Assembly: GCA_017499595.2 (NCBI GenBank) | Contig: CM039009.1 | Coordinates: forward strand, 1,922,001-1,986,000 | Source: Psilocybe cubensis | Taxonomy: Eukaryota | Direction: 5' to 3' | Length of the DNA stretch: 64,000 nucleotides | The notes under the pieces: generated by a model | The model's database searches: none | Told to the model about the DNA's origin: nothing | The model's input: the letters and a program-made list of their open reading frames with translations, nothing else | In this document: in pieces, positions 1-13,549 of the stretch | How positions within the stretch are numbered: the first letter of the stretch is position 1 | Layout of the letters: each line of letters begins with the position of its first letter | Program-made: the position numbers and the translations under genes

Positions 1-1894
1 CTATCGCGCAGGGACGGACTACAACCCTTATGACGACAGAGGAGGCCGTGAACTCCATGGTGCACTTTTTTATTTGAGAGCTGAATATTACAGCGAAAAT
101 TATTAGAGGTTTGACGTTTTACGGCTTTGGTGATGCTATGGCCAAACGATTGTATTATACTATACGTTTTTCTCTTCACATCATCTTTCACGGTTCGCCC
201 TCGGGAACGACCACTCGAGCAAGTGACGATACTCTCCAAGAACAACTGCATTTCCTGTCTCATATCGAGCGAACCCTGACAACGCCGCTCTTCTCTCCAT
301 ATTTCTTCCTCGTTCTCCTCGCCCTTTTACTCGGCTAACGAAAATGGGCAAGTGACACACGCCACAGCACCCTTCCCCGCCCTTCCCCGCATCCAAGTGT
401 CCCGAGACTTTGACAGTAGCTATCGATCGCTGCTAAAATCACAAGTGAAACGACTGCGGTTCAAGCCACGCGTCGCGCGCGTGCGCATTGCGGCCACGCG
501 ATGCGCTCTTGAATCCGAACCTGTCTGAACATCCGAAGTGAGACATGTCCTCCGCGTTGTAACTAGGCAATGCTCATTGCTAGAGAAGGCAGAGAGTTAC
601 ATATATGGCACTTACAGATGCACAGGCTACGAGCCAGCCGGCTAGCTTTGTACATAGTGCTAGCCTGGTGCCCCCTGGTGCTAGCACGTACATAATGGGC
701 CTCCTGTCTCAGTTTCCCTTGTGTGAGAGTACATATCGGTGGCCGGCCGGTGTGGGTGAAGGGCAGGAAAGACGGTGACTCTCACGTTCAGTTATGGCAT
801 TTTAGACGCCGACGCTCGCTGGCCGCCGCCGCCGCCGCCCTGTGCGCTTAACGTTGCGCTTAAGTCCTATTAGACCGCTTCTTTCATTTTCATGTCAATT
901 CGTTACTTACATCAAAACAACTCAAAGTGCTTGTCCTTGTATGGCAAAGATTAATTTTCGCACCAGTGTGCTACACCGACGAAAGCACTTAGCACAATAG
1001 GTTCGGTGGTCAGAGTCAAATATGGGTATAGCGTTCACTGTTCGCGGGATGCTCAGGATTTTACAGTCACCGAAAAACCACGATCTTGCCACGTCGAGTT
1101 CGTTACGTTATTGTCTTATCGAGATTACGACTAGGCACGAAATACTGGTTCTAAGAATCTAACAAGTTCTGATTCAAGCGGCTTGGGCATGTTCACATAT
1201 TCCCAAGCAACTCCCAAGACTCAAGACTCAAAAAACTCACTTGATAAAGTGAACTAAAAAAGTAAATAGAAAGTACGTTCGTTTGCTCTAGTACAGCGCC
1301 CAATCTTCTTCAACTAGCTTTACCTTTTTTTCTCTGATGCCTTTGAAAATTGAAGGTCCCATCATGATCAGGATCGGACTCGGATACAGCGCCATCGCCT
1401 TTATTATTATTAATTAAACATACTCGACCCTGAAATTTGATCACTGTTACTTACGGTAACAGTCTGGGAATAAAATGAGAACTTTAAAATTTCTGCACAG
1501 ACGAAACCCTGCACAGTGCAAACCCACTACGAAAACCCTGCATGCTAGATCTTGAGTGTAATCAAGCGATATTCTGATGAAATAGAGTCTCGATTCCCGG
1601 TCGGTATTTTCGTATCGACATTCGCTGGCGGCTACAGAGGATTTTTTGTTTACGTGAGGTATTTTAAGCTTCTTAGGAGGGAGACCAAACTATTATGTAT
1701 GTACTATGGTTTCCTAGGCTCTCTCTCACCAAGGTTACAAGCTAATGAGTGATAACCCCATGCATTGAGACAAATTGTACTTAAGTAAGTAAAGGAAAAA
1801 GGAGAACAACAACAACATCATAAATTTTCCAGGTCCCAGGCCCACATGAAATCACCGATATCCGTACGCGTAACGCGAGATGATATCGTAGTAC

Positions 1895-2395
1895 ATACAT
1901 AAGAAGCCGGAAAATCCAAGGAAAAGCTTGAGCGTCGGAATACCATCCGGTCACTGAGAGTCTAGAGACGAGAGTCTCGTCCAAAACAAGTAATAAACGA
2001 GTGATTTCAACTCAAGAGCAGAGAGAATCGAGTCCGTCTCTTTCAAATGTAAACCGTCTTCATTAAACCCGTGTTGGTGATAATCATATTGATTCTGAAC
2101 CCCTGAAATCATGATGTTCGTTTGTCTTTAGTTTATTTTCTACTATACCCAGTCAAGTTCCATAATTTGCACCCATTCACTTATATAAGTACCACTATGT
2201 CAGTTTAGCGGCCTCCTAAATTCCAATAGTAACATATAAGAAGCCGGAAAGACCGAGGAAAACCTGAGCTGAGCTGTCGGAATACCATTCGGTCACTGAG
2301 AGGAATCTAGAGACAAGTCTACAAATTGCAAGAGTCTCGTCTGTTAAATCTATTTTCAAGTAAGTAAGCAAGTAAGTAAGTAAGTAAACGAGTGA
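1895..2395. repeat. Local diverged direct duplication (~1895-2005 vs ~2235-2395) with an (AAGT)n tract
   Basis: Shared blocks AAGAAGCCGGAAA, GTCGGAATACCAT, CGGTCACTGAG, AGAGTCTCGTC and TAAACGAGTGA in the same order. Confidence 0.6.
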
Positions 2396-2737
2396 GAAAC
2401 TGGTAACTTGACGTCGAATTTCGATTCTTCGATTCCGAGTCTTCCAAGTCGCAAGTCGACCCATGTGGCATCATGCACCCATGCACCCATGTATTCCATG
2501 CACCTAATTTGCTAATCCATCATTGCACCCAATCATAGTAGTAGAGCAGAGCGTACAACACAATTATGGTCTGATAGTAATAGTAACAGTTAAATAGCAG
2601 GGGCAGACTCACAGACACAACAGAAATTAACCAGACCTGACTCGGAGAATATTCAATATCTACGTACGTACATAATACACAGAAGGCATTTCTTCGTTAT
2701 CATTCACACCAATGCCACCCATCCCATAAAATCCAAA

Positions 2738-4739
2738 TCACCCAACAAGCTTCGCATTCCTCCTCAAAATCTCATTCAACTCCTCCCTCTTCACACAAAA
2801 CTCAAACTTGAAGCTCTTCGCAATCTCATCAAGTCTCCCCTCATCCATCCCCCTAAAATGCTCCGCCCACTCTCTCACCAAAAACTCACTAACAAGCACA
2901 TTCCGGCTCAGCCTCCCCACTCGATCCTCAAGCTTCCACACAGGGTGCGGATACAAATTCCTATACTCCTCCGGGACATGATCCTTGATGTGCTGGATCA
3001 GCGGGTCGTAGATGCCCCGGAGGAGGGGCGAGGACGACCAGGATGAGCCCCAGGCGTCGATTGCGAGCGTGTGCTTTTTGAGGAGGAAGGAGGAGAAGAG
3101 GGTTGTGTAGGGTGTTGAGGGGGGGAGGTGCACCATCCCTTGGAAGCCGATGTCTTTGTATAGCCAGATCGACCAGCTGAGTCGGTCCTATTCCAATAAC
3201 GAAATCAGACGTTCAACGTTACGTTCATATCCTAACACCCAAGCAAAAGACACAAACGCACCTTATTATAAATCTCCAACTGGTCCTGCAGAACCCGATA
3301 GCGGACTCTATTAACCTCCTCCACATCGCCCCCCTCAAACGCCTCGCGCGCATACACCGGCCCCCACTCGCCATTCCACACACACAGGCCCCTCCTATCC
3401 ATCCACTCCCTCTTCCGCTCATACCCCCTCCTCATCCTCCTTTTCTGCTCTTCACTCCCCCTATACACCTCATTCCCCTTCCCCTCACTAACAGGAAATC
3501 CGAAAGGCGAATAATCATGGATCGAATAGGCAGTATTGTCCCATTCAACATGCACATTCGCCTCTTCGAACGCAGTGAAATCGGACGCGAAGGTGTTCCC
3601 GTCGAAAAAGATCGTGTGCCGCGCGTCATTGGAGCGGATGGTGGTGTGGATGGAGCGGTAGAAGGCGATGAGGCGGTGCGTGTGCGGCGGGGGGCAGGTG
3701 GGCTCGTTGAGCGGGTTGTAGCCTGCGACCCAGGGGTTGGAGGCGTAGTGCGCGGCGAGGTGGCCCCAGAGCCAGATGGTGCGGTCTTGGAAGTCTTTGT
3801 GGTTCCAGACTGGATATGCGGGTGTCAGCACAGTGACAGTGGACAGTGGATATGGGACGTTGGAGAGGGGGAGGAGGGGAAAGAAAATACGCACAGTTCG
3901 CGATGTGTCCGCCGTGGTCCGCGTGCCAATCCGTGTTCTGCCCGCCCGGCGCAGTGTGCAGATCGAGGATCGTATATATCCCATGCCGCGCGCATATGTC
4001 AATGACGCGGTCCAAGTGCTTGAACCCCGATTCTTTGAGCACGCGCGGGTTCATATCGTCTGAGCATGATGGTCAAAATATCAATGGTGAATGAAATGTT
4101 TGATCGTTTCGTTATTAGGGCCAGCCAGAGAACAACTTGAAGGAGGTGCGCACCTTCGAAATGGCGGTAGTTGAAGGGGAGCCGGATGCAGTTGAGCCCG
4201 AGACTTTTAAAGAATGCAGCATCCGCATCTTCGAAGAAGTATTCCAGGAACTTGACGTGCGTAGATAGAAAATAGAAAGTAGAAATAAAAAGTTAGAAGT
4301 AGAAGTAAAAAGTTTGAAAGTAGCGTTAAAAAGTAGTGTGGACTCTGTGCAAGATGAGCGTTACCTTGTCGAAGAAGAACTCTGATTTCTCAGCGCCGAT
4401 TGTTTCTGCGAGCGCTTCTCGGATTTGGTATTCGCATCCGGGGAAGCCTATATCCCAATATCCCAGTGAGTCTCATTGATGCTAATAGATTTGCAAGGAA
4501 GAAATCAAGATCAACCTGTGATGAAATTCTCCATGCTGCATCAAGTCGAGTCGAATCGAGTCGAATCGAGGAGAGGAGAGGGAAGGGAGGGGAGACATAA
4601 GTACATTAGGACACCCCTAACCAACGATAGCGAAAAGAAAGACGCACTTCATCCACCCCCCAAGCCCAGCACCTCTCAAGATCACCTCGTTCCCTTGCTC
4701 ATCCACAAGCTTCGTCCCAGATACTTTCAGAAACGACAT
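2738..4739 (-). CDS. Glycoside hydrolase family 5 (GH5_22-like), multi-exon
   Basis: Spliced reading MSFLKVSGTKLVDEQGNEVILRGAGLGGWMN|MENFITG|FPGCEYQIRE..|FLEYFFED..IRLPFNYRHFE|..LDLHTAPGGQNTDWH..; acid/base motif YNPLNEP and nucleophile motif WNGEWG; canonical GT-AG introns. Confidence 0.92.
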
Positions 4740-5174
4740 ATCTCAATTTTGACCAATGGCAGCAGTACTAGTTGAGTATCAGGCAAAGGGAACGGAACAA
4801 GGAGCTCGGTTAGGAGCAGCGCTGAGCTGAGGCTGAGAGAACAGGCTTTTATAGAAGGCAAGATGATACCAAGAGTGGATATACGTTCTGGATATCTGGG
4901 GTGCAGCGGACCGGGCCAGGAGGGCGGGGGACCAGCTGAACATCCCCCACACCGACAATTCACCGGCTGTGTGGAGAAGAGAGTCAATTACGAATAGGCT
5001 TGGGATGTTTCATGTTCATGTTCATGGGTGTATTTGGGAATTGGTCGTGTAGCTGCTAGCATAAAGGGGTTGGAGCTTGGAGCAGAGCAGAGCAAGAGAG
5101 GTGGGCATGGGAAAGTGCCATTAAAGGACTTTGAATTGAATTTGAATTTGTCAACTTTGAAATCGACGCTTACC

Positions 5175-7922
5175 ATGGAACTCGACCACCACCACGAACC
5201 GCAACCACAACAACACCCAGAAGCATCTCCTCCCAATGCCATCGACCTCGTCGGCGGCCCATTCGCCGTAATCGAGTCCGATCCAGGTAACCTCCTCTCC
5301 CTCCCACCACATCACCCTGCCAATCTCACCCCACACAGGTGTCTTCACCTCCCTCACCCGGCGCCTCGGCATCCCCGGCCTCGAGCTCATCGAGCTCTAC
5401 GACATCGAGCCCTGGGCCGTCGACCACCTCAACCCGCACGGCCTCATCCTCTGCTTCCTCTGGAAAAAGGACGCGCACCGCCCAACGGACTTCGCCGACC
5501 CCGCCGCCGAGCGCGTGTGGTTCGCGCACCAGCTGAGCGACGACGCGTGCGCGACACATGCCATCCTTAATGTCTTGCTGAATTGCCCGCGTGTTGAGCT
5601 TGGAGAGGAGCTGAGTGCGTTTAGGAGGGAGACGGAGCGGATGTCGCCTGTGGTGCGTGCTTTTTTGAGCTTTTGAGCTTTTTTTGTTGTTGTGCGTGTG
5701 TGGGGTTTTGGGAGTGTTGAATGATGAAGGATGGGATAGATGCGCGGGCTGGCCGTTACGAATTCGCGTATTATCCGCCCTGCACACAATTCACTAGCAA
5801 GGTACGTTTATTCATATTACTCTACTACTTTATGTTATTTACATGCGCCACAGACCAGCGGACATCCGATCCTCGATCAGCAACCTCGCAATCACCACAC
5901 TCGACGCGGAGAAACAGAAAGAGAAGGGTCTTAAAGCGAAAGCAAAGCAGGAAGCCAAGGAAAAGGAGAAAGATGGTCCACCACCAGCTAAACGCGCTAA
6001 AACTGGTGCAACACAGGCCAAAGGCTCTGCGAAAGCGAATGCTAATGCGAAAGGCAAAGGGAAAGGGAAAGACAAGGAGAAGGAGAAGGCGTCCGCAAAC
6101 GCCAAACCAAGAGCGGAAGCAAAGCGGAAGCGGAAGCGCAAGTCCAAGTCCAAATACGACTACGAAGACGACGACGACGAAGACGAAATACCCGACGAAG
6201 ACGAAGAAGATGATGATGATGGCGGCGGTTCAGACGATGAGGACGATGAGGACGAGGAAGGAAAGGGCGAACAAGCCGAAGAAGAGACGTACCACTTCAT
6301 CGGGTACGTCCCCGCACACGGGAAAGTATGGGAGCTCGACGGGCTCAAATCCGGTCCGCTCGAAGTCGGCGAGCTCCCTTCCCCTCCTCCCCCACCACCT
6401 CCCTTGTCCTCGTCCTCCCCATCATCCACCTCCCCCACCTCTACCTCCCCCTCCCCCTTGCCTTCCTCCTCTTCACACCCACATAACACGAACCCGCACC
6501 CGCATAACGGATGGATGGACATCGCGCGCCCCGCCCTCCGCCTCAAAATGGACAAATACGGCGGCTCCGCCGCGGGCGGGAGCAACATCCGCTTCAGCCT
6601 CCTCGCTATCGTGGATGATGCGTATTGCGCGGCGCAGGATGAGTGGGAGTTTTGCAGGCGCGATTGGGTGGGGTTGCAGAGGGCGCTGAGCGGGAGCGCG
6701 ATCCCGAAGACGAAGACGAGCAGCGCGGGCATGGATATGCAGAGTGGATGGGAGACGATGGTGAGTTTTTGTTCGTTGAAAAAGCGCATTGCTGTGGAAC
6801 GCGCTTATACCGATTGTGTGTTACGCTTTAAACCTTAAATTTTACAGGTCGATCCTACTCTGCTCGCCGCTGCAGACGCGGCGTTCACACCGCCTGTGTA
6901 CCCGCTCCCTCCATCTGCATCTGCCTCTACATCGGTACCTGTTCCTCATATACACCCACATGCACACGATACCTCCAAGGACCCCTCTCCACTCTCTCCA
7001 CTCTCTCCTCCTCCACTAACACCACCATCATCATCATCACCACAGCCAACCACAGCACCGCAAACGCAAACGCAAACACAAACACAAACGCACGCGCAGA
7101 ACCACACATCCACATCCACATCCACACTCACACCATCAACCCCCCGCCCACTCACACTCAAACCGTTCGCGCACGACTTCGCCTCGCGCCGTATGGCGCG
7201 CGATATGCACATTATGCGTCTCGCCGAGTCGCTAGACCTGGATCGCAGCACGCAATCTTCAGAGGTGCAGACGAACGCGCAATCATCAGACGCGCAGAAG
7301 AAGAAGAAGATGGAGACCGACACCGAGACCGAGACACAGAAGGAGAAAGAGACGGGTATTAAAAGCGCGGTACCCGTACAATCGCCAGCGCCAGTACAAG
7401 CGCAAGCGCTAGCGCGCGAATGGGAAAAATGCGTGCGCGATGGGATAAGAGCTAAGATCGCGCTCGAAGATGAGATTGTGAAAGGTGTGCGTGCGAATGT
7501 GAGTGTGTTTTCTGCTTTTCTTTCCTTTCCTTTTCTTTTCTTTTTCTTTCCTTTTGTGTGTGTTTTGTGTCTTTTCTTTTCTTTTTTCTTTTTTTGTGTG
7601 TGTTTTGTGATTTGTGATTGTGTGTGTGGGTGTAATGTGGTGGTGGATTATCCAAATTGAACTTGAACACGCGCTGACGAGATACTTCACTTCACTTCAC
7701 CCCACTCCTTCCCCTCAACATCACAATATCACACCACAGACAGACGACATCAAACGGACATTCGACTACGACCCCTTCATCCGCGCCTATCTCGCTCATC
7801 TGAAAGATGAACAGCTTTTGTACCCTCTCTTGGGAAGGGATGAGGAGGGGAGGAAGGTTAGAGTTGGTGGGGCGGGAAGAGGGAGGGGACGGGGAGGGGG
7901 ACGGGGACGGGGGAAAGGATGA
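5175..7922 (+). CDS. Ubiquitin C-terminal hydrolase, peptidase C12 (UCH37/BAP1-like), multi-exon
   Basis: IESDPGVFT N-terminal motif; catalytic Q/C (HQLSDDACATHAILN), H (ETYHFIGYVP) and D (WELDGL); NIRFSLLAIV; C-terminal ULD-like TDDIKRTFDYDPFI; GT-AG introns. Confidence 0.9.
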
Positions 7923-9547
7923 GGAGGGGGACGGGGACAGGGACGGGGGTAAGGATGAGGATGGGGATGGGGATGGAGGAAAGGAACGAGCTAGTTGTTA
8001 GTTGACGGACACGACGTCTTTCCGAATGTCAAATTCCAAATCGTTGATGTTGACGCGACGGCTGGCTTTACACTTCCGACTTTACACTCTCGACTTTTGA
8101 CTGGACTATATATAGATCCAGACTCTCACGCGCACGTCCAGAGCAAGCTGAAGCTAAAGTTTCGACAATTTCCACAGGCGCCGTAAACAGAAAATCCCTC
8201 GCGCGCTCAATATTCATTTCAATTGCTGTTTTGCTGTTTTATTGATATCGCTATCACTATCGCTTGTCCATCGTTTCCCTTGCATACTCTTGTACTTTAA
8301 ATTTACCTGCTCTGTTATACAGTATATTGTGACCTACTGAAAACTGTAAACCATAACGTTTAGATATCTGTCAGATCCGAGGCCAGACTCCGCCCTCCTC
8401 AATCCTGTGATCTTAACAACAACATGCAATCGTAACGGACATTATAACATCCCCAACACCGCAACTCAGTACTTCAGTACTCAAGTACTCGATCGCTGCA
8501 TTATTTCAATATTTCAAATTTTCAAATACCTCTCAGAGCTCAGAAGACACATCTCTTCGGCACTAAAACACCACCGACTTACCACCAGACCGCCCATATG
8601 CCCATAGGCCCATATACCTCATTCGATTTCAATACCCAAGTCCGCAAGTCCGCAAGTCCAAATCCCCAAGTCGCAAGAGGTCGCAAGTCACAAGTTGACG
8701 TCTCTACGTACACACGTGCGCAATTAACCCACGGGCGCCTTTCAAACTTAAAGCCGTCATTACGACTCATACTTACCCCATCTCCTCATTCACCCATCCC
8801 CCATCTCCTCATTCACACATCCCACATCCCTCCTCACACAACCCTCCAATCCAACAAGTACACAGCGAAATGACAGCCTCCTGCGTCTCGTCTCCATCGA
8901 TCCCCACCCACCCACCTTTCACATCACTACAGCACTAAAGCACTGCTTTTCCGGGCCCACTTAGACTCAGCGCCCAAAAGACCTCGAGGCGCTCGGTACA
9001 AGTAAATATGTCCAATGAGCGTATGAGTGTGGGAATGGATCGACTCTGCTAATTAATGTATTGGCGCCCAAATAGCCGAACTCAAACCGGGTCCAGGTTC
9101 AATATTCAATCTCCACGATGGAATCTTGAGTTGTGGATCTAGATATCGTAGGTTTGTATTGTAGCGGTAATGAAGCGGGCGTCCTGTACACCCTATAAAT
9201 GTAAATTGGGGGCAAATGTAAAAATTAATAAATTCAATTTTCGTTTCTATTCATTGAAGAATATAAGATCAAAGATGTGGTATACGATTGGAAAAGGAGA
9301 TCCCCTTTGAGCTAGATGGTTACTTGGATAACAGAAGCAAAGATTGAATCCAGATGTTTCAAACATCGAAGAGCGTATCTAAACAAAAGGAATTTAATCA
9401 CAAAATGGGCCAAAGTTACGAAAATCGTCAACTAAAGTGTTGAAAATATCGAGTTACTTGCAATTTTAGACTAACATGCGCGATATGTGTTCAGGAAGAC
9501 GACAGCGGATGAAGTCAAGTTGGCAGCAAGAGAATCCATCCTTGAAG

Positions 9548-9785
9548 AGGCACAAGTACCTGAGGTCATTAACAGATGTTGGACAGATCGCACAATGTGC
9601 TATCATAATCCAACATCGAGGAGACGCATCAGGATCCTTGTGCCTGTCAAGAATTAAGATGACTCTTGGTGCTCATCGGAAAGTGGGGAGAAACAGATAC
9701 AGCAGAGAATCTATCACTCAAGAGGCAAAAGGTACCTGAGGTCGTTAACAGATGTTACGCATGGCAGATTACCATGTCCAACGGT
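9548..9785 (-). ncRNA. Tandem pair of hairpin units (candidate milRNA precursors); second unit lacks its outer complementary arm
   Basis: Near-invariant arm GTACCTGAGGTC(G/A)TTAACAGATGTT; stems AGGCACAAG/CTTGTGCCT, CCTGA/TCAGG and GATGTTGGA/TCCAACATC; homologous to 18965-19247. Confidence 0.5.
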
Positions 9786-10319
9786 TTGCTTGAAAGCACA
9801 AGACTACAAAACTATAGAAAATGTACAGGAGGAAAACCAATCCGATGTGTTATTATGAGCGGAGCCGAAGAGACGCTTTTTGAAGAAAAAAGCATCAATC
9901 AAAGAAATTGTAGTTACTGTAGTTACGACATGCACAGACAAATATGTAGAAAGTAAAACGGCTCATTTATGCTACCTGTAGTTACGACACGCAGGGATTG
10001 GGCTACAGAAATATATAAGTAACAAAGTAAACCAAATGTAAAGTGAACACTAACCTCAGACGAATACGTAGGAAGTAAACGGCTGAGGTTCGAGACGAGA
10101 GAATCGCTGCTTGACCATCCACCCAGGTAATATTGTAACGCGCGTAAATGGCGTGCTGCTATCTAGTTCCAAAGGAATAATGAATATCCTTGGGCTTGCC
10201 AACTTGAAGGTTCGAATAGAAAAAGGAAGTGAAGTGGCCAAATAAGGAAACTGAAAATATAAGCTCGCCGATTTCCCACAAGAAATCTGTATAGGCCATA
10301 TCACTGTCGAAATAGATGT

Positions 10320-13014
10320 TCAATTGAGGGTACACCTGTCGTCAGTACTATGGTACATTTTATGTGCAATATTTGGGGCATACAGAAATCAGCGTGGCTG
10401 CTCGCGTGCGTGCGTTTATGCGTGTGCGTGCGTGGCACGGATTTACGCGCAACAACTGTGCTCTGCACGCATATGTATGTGTTCTGCACGCAATGTCACA
10501 GCTTTGTCACACATAGGGATATACCATTTCTCAGTGGTACTCTTTTCCTTCGTGCGTAAAGATGATGGTGGATGCTTTTGTACTGTATCGGTTCAAATGT
10601 AACTGATATGTATTTAATGTGCTGCCACTGCATTTGCCTGATTCTTGCCTTGGTAGCATTGGATTATTTAATAGTCATCCATTCAGAAATCTAGGATACA
10701 GAAAGTTCAATCCTATGCTCTTGTGACTCCAGTATTAACATTATTGCTAGCGTCCTATACGCACAATCAGATGGCTCGGCATGTTGTATTTCTCGGCGAG
10801 TTCCTCAAACCAATCTCCGACAGACAAAGCAACCGTCGGCATTGTAAGTTGTAACCGGCAAAGGTTTATATTCGGTGATGTCCGATCATGTCACCACGCC
10901 TGTGAACTTGGTTGGAACTTGTGAGAAACAAAATAATTTTATCCATTGGACATACACTGTATATCGTTTGACGACACAGAGCGTGACAACACAGCACGCT
11001 ATCGCACTCAAATGTACGCATCCGACACGCAAGGAGCACGCGATGGCCCCGCAGGTAAATTCTTCTTGCACGCCAGTACAAACTTATGCGTCTCTGAGTT
11101 GAATCACATTCCACAAAATATATTCAATCAAAAGCTCACTGCAGGTCCGAGTCCCACTGATGTTTGCTACATGACAATTGTAGCTTTCACTCACGTTATG
11201 TATCAAAGGTGTAGTTTGGTTGGACAAAAATTTATATCTACATCTGGTGCTGTAGGACCATTCAATGTTGCAGATTTTGAACATCACTGATTGAGATTGT
11301 GGTTTTATGTGAGACTTTCCCATAATTAAGCCTTGGATGGATTGGGAGTGCGGTCCTCTATAATTGCCTTGATGCTGTTTCCAATTGTGATATGGATGTT
11401 CAAATGAGATAATATATTCCAAAAATAAATGAGCAAGGATCAAATGTATGATGACTGCTTATGGTGTTGTTTCATCAGGCCCTTAATATATATATATAAA
11501 GCTCGTTAGGAGGGAGTTCACCACTCCGCAAGAACTCGTATTGATATCCAGAAGACCATTGTTAACAATTCAACCTGTTAGTAAGTGAAAGAAGCGAACT
11601 TTAATGGACGAGTACCTCAATACACTCTAAACAATTTGTTCTGGAGTCCCAATCCAATGCTTAGTATAACTAGACAGGCAATATATAACACTCCTGGCAG
11701 TACGTAGTATAGCGTGCTAGATGTGAAATTTATGCTGAAATATGCTCGCAAGTAACACGCTACTTCAATAACGCTGCACACATTTCAATTACATGCACAC
11801 GCAGGGTTTGACAATTCGCACGCAAAATGATAAGAAAGTCACGCAAATTTACCGAATGGCATTTATGCGTGCCACGCAAAAATAGGTCGCACGCGGGCAA
11901 GCCACGCTCTTTTCCTGGTGCCCCAATATTTGCGTCATTTAGAAGTATTTGTAGGAGTTTACGCTGATCCTCTGGGAGATCGGCTACGTCATCTTCGTTC
12001 AAGGCGTCGTCAAAGTACTCCGGTGGCTGTTTTCGAAGATGAATGTCTTTGACCACTTGTCTCCATTTTCGCCAAACTCTTGAATCTTTTGGGAGCAGTG
12101 TTGCAAGAAGGGCCTCTGGATTAAAATCGGAGTAAACCGGATTTTTCTCTGTTTCATCCAACGATCGTCGCAGGGAAAGGCATGTGAAGACTACCGCATT
12201 CGTCCGGTTGGGTAAAATGTATTTTTTTATGTCCATCTTCACGGATTGACGAAGCAGTTCTGTTTGCATTGCCTCTTTGTCGATAGAAGCGATTGTACGA
12301 TTGTAGATCCAAGAGATGGAAAACGAGCAAAGAAACATAAGTTGCCCAGCGAGATGACCTTGCGGAATGAGTAAAAGTTGTGCAATGAATTGTAGCAAGT
12401 AAAGCAGGGAGCATATCCCGATTATATGATAATTTGGCGCGCCTCTTAGTTTTAGGTGGAATCGGCCTTTGGTAATTGCATTGACACGACCTTCTGTGCC
12501 GCGCAGAACAGTAAAATCCTCGCCAATTAGGACGCCGTCACCGGGAGGAGATCCAGGAGAAGGACTGAATACGGTCTGCAGAGTCAGGTTGCCTGTTCCG
12601 ACTACCCAAGTTGACACCCCACCAATTATTGTACCAAAAAGGATGGCAGAGAAGCAGAACTTGTCGTCAAACAGGATCAGGGAGAATATAGCACATGCGA
12701 CGCTGCTGATCATGGTGAAGTATGATAGTAGGAGATGCAATGTTGAACTTCGGCTCGATAGGTGGTCTAATTGTTCGAAATCCTTGATATCGATGATGGT
12801 TACTGCTGTACTTCTGGTCTTTGGTGGTTCTTCACGCAGGTCGCTGAAGTCTGGGAGTTGCTTCACATACTGTGCGAGCAAATGGCCCATATACCTGTAT
12901 CGTCAACATTGATTTGAGAACATCATCTCCACCAAAGAAACCAGCGATACTGAATATGTCTAGGTTGAAGCTTGAATTTTGTAAGGGAGGATTAATGAGG
13001 GGGAGAGGGGCCAT
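10320..13014 (-). pseudogene. Agaricomycete multi-TM protein of unknown function (LDxxxIAGFFGG type), frameshifted and interrupted by a TE
   Basis: N-terminal ORF (LDIFSIAGFFGGDD) is out of frame with the TM-rich ORF at ~12890. Removing the 10375-11924 insert restores the C-terminus LLNDANI|AHKMYHSTDDRCTLN*. Confidence 0.7.
10375..11924. mobile_element. Non-autonomous TIR DNA element, 1550 bp, GGGG..CCCC termini, 7-bp TSD AATATTT
   Basis: Imperfect TIRs: left GGGGCATACAGAAATCAGCGTGGCTGCTCGCGTGCG; reverse complement of right GGGGCACCAGGAAAAGAGCGTGGCTTGCCCGCGTGCG. AATATTT at 10368-10374 and 11925-11931. No intact ORF inside. Confidence 0.85.
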
Positions 13015-13549
13015 GGTGGTGACCAGCTAGCTCGCGCATGTCATTAATTTAAAGGTAGAGATTACAGCGGCGGTGCAGCCTGCAGGCAGCAAACATCTAT
13101 TTCTGGACACAAATGCAAGTCCACCTGTATTGAAATCCACGAATTGCAGTGCCAAAGCTATTCATATCCCGCCCCACTTGCGCTCAACCATTTGTTGCGT
13201 GCATGTTTTTATGATGTCGGGACAGCCATGACTCTGACGAGAGGCAATGACTGACACGTATATTGAACGAGGCTTTTAAGAACGCATTAGAATCCCTTCA
13301 GCCTGGTAAATGACAGTCGATAGTCTGTCATTGGGAGGACCAACGTTCATAATCCGTGAAAAGCCGATGAAGGTAGAATCGACAGTATGAGGCGCATATA
13401 TTCTCAAGTCCCCACCCCAGTCTAAAACGAACTTGAATCAAATTTCTACTACGGAATGGATAGCATATAGTAACTCACCGCCAAAAATATCCAAATAACT
13501 ACTAGCACACCTTCTGACACTAAATCCGAAATGTTGGATCTTATTAATC

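Noticed and set aside
458-517. GC-rich imperfect hairpin (TTCAAG..CGCGTCGCG / CGCGATGCG..CTTGAA)
   Set aside because: Single copy with no covariation support or TSD; cannot be assigned.
3517-7323. Long antisense and alternate-frame ORFs over the GH5 and UCH genes
   Set aside because: Shadow ORFs of GC-rich, low-complexity coding sequence.
11760-11924. C-terminal ~54 aa of the 376-aa ORF as genuine protein
   Set aside because: Read-through into the inserted TIR element; the real end is at 10320-10374.
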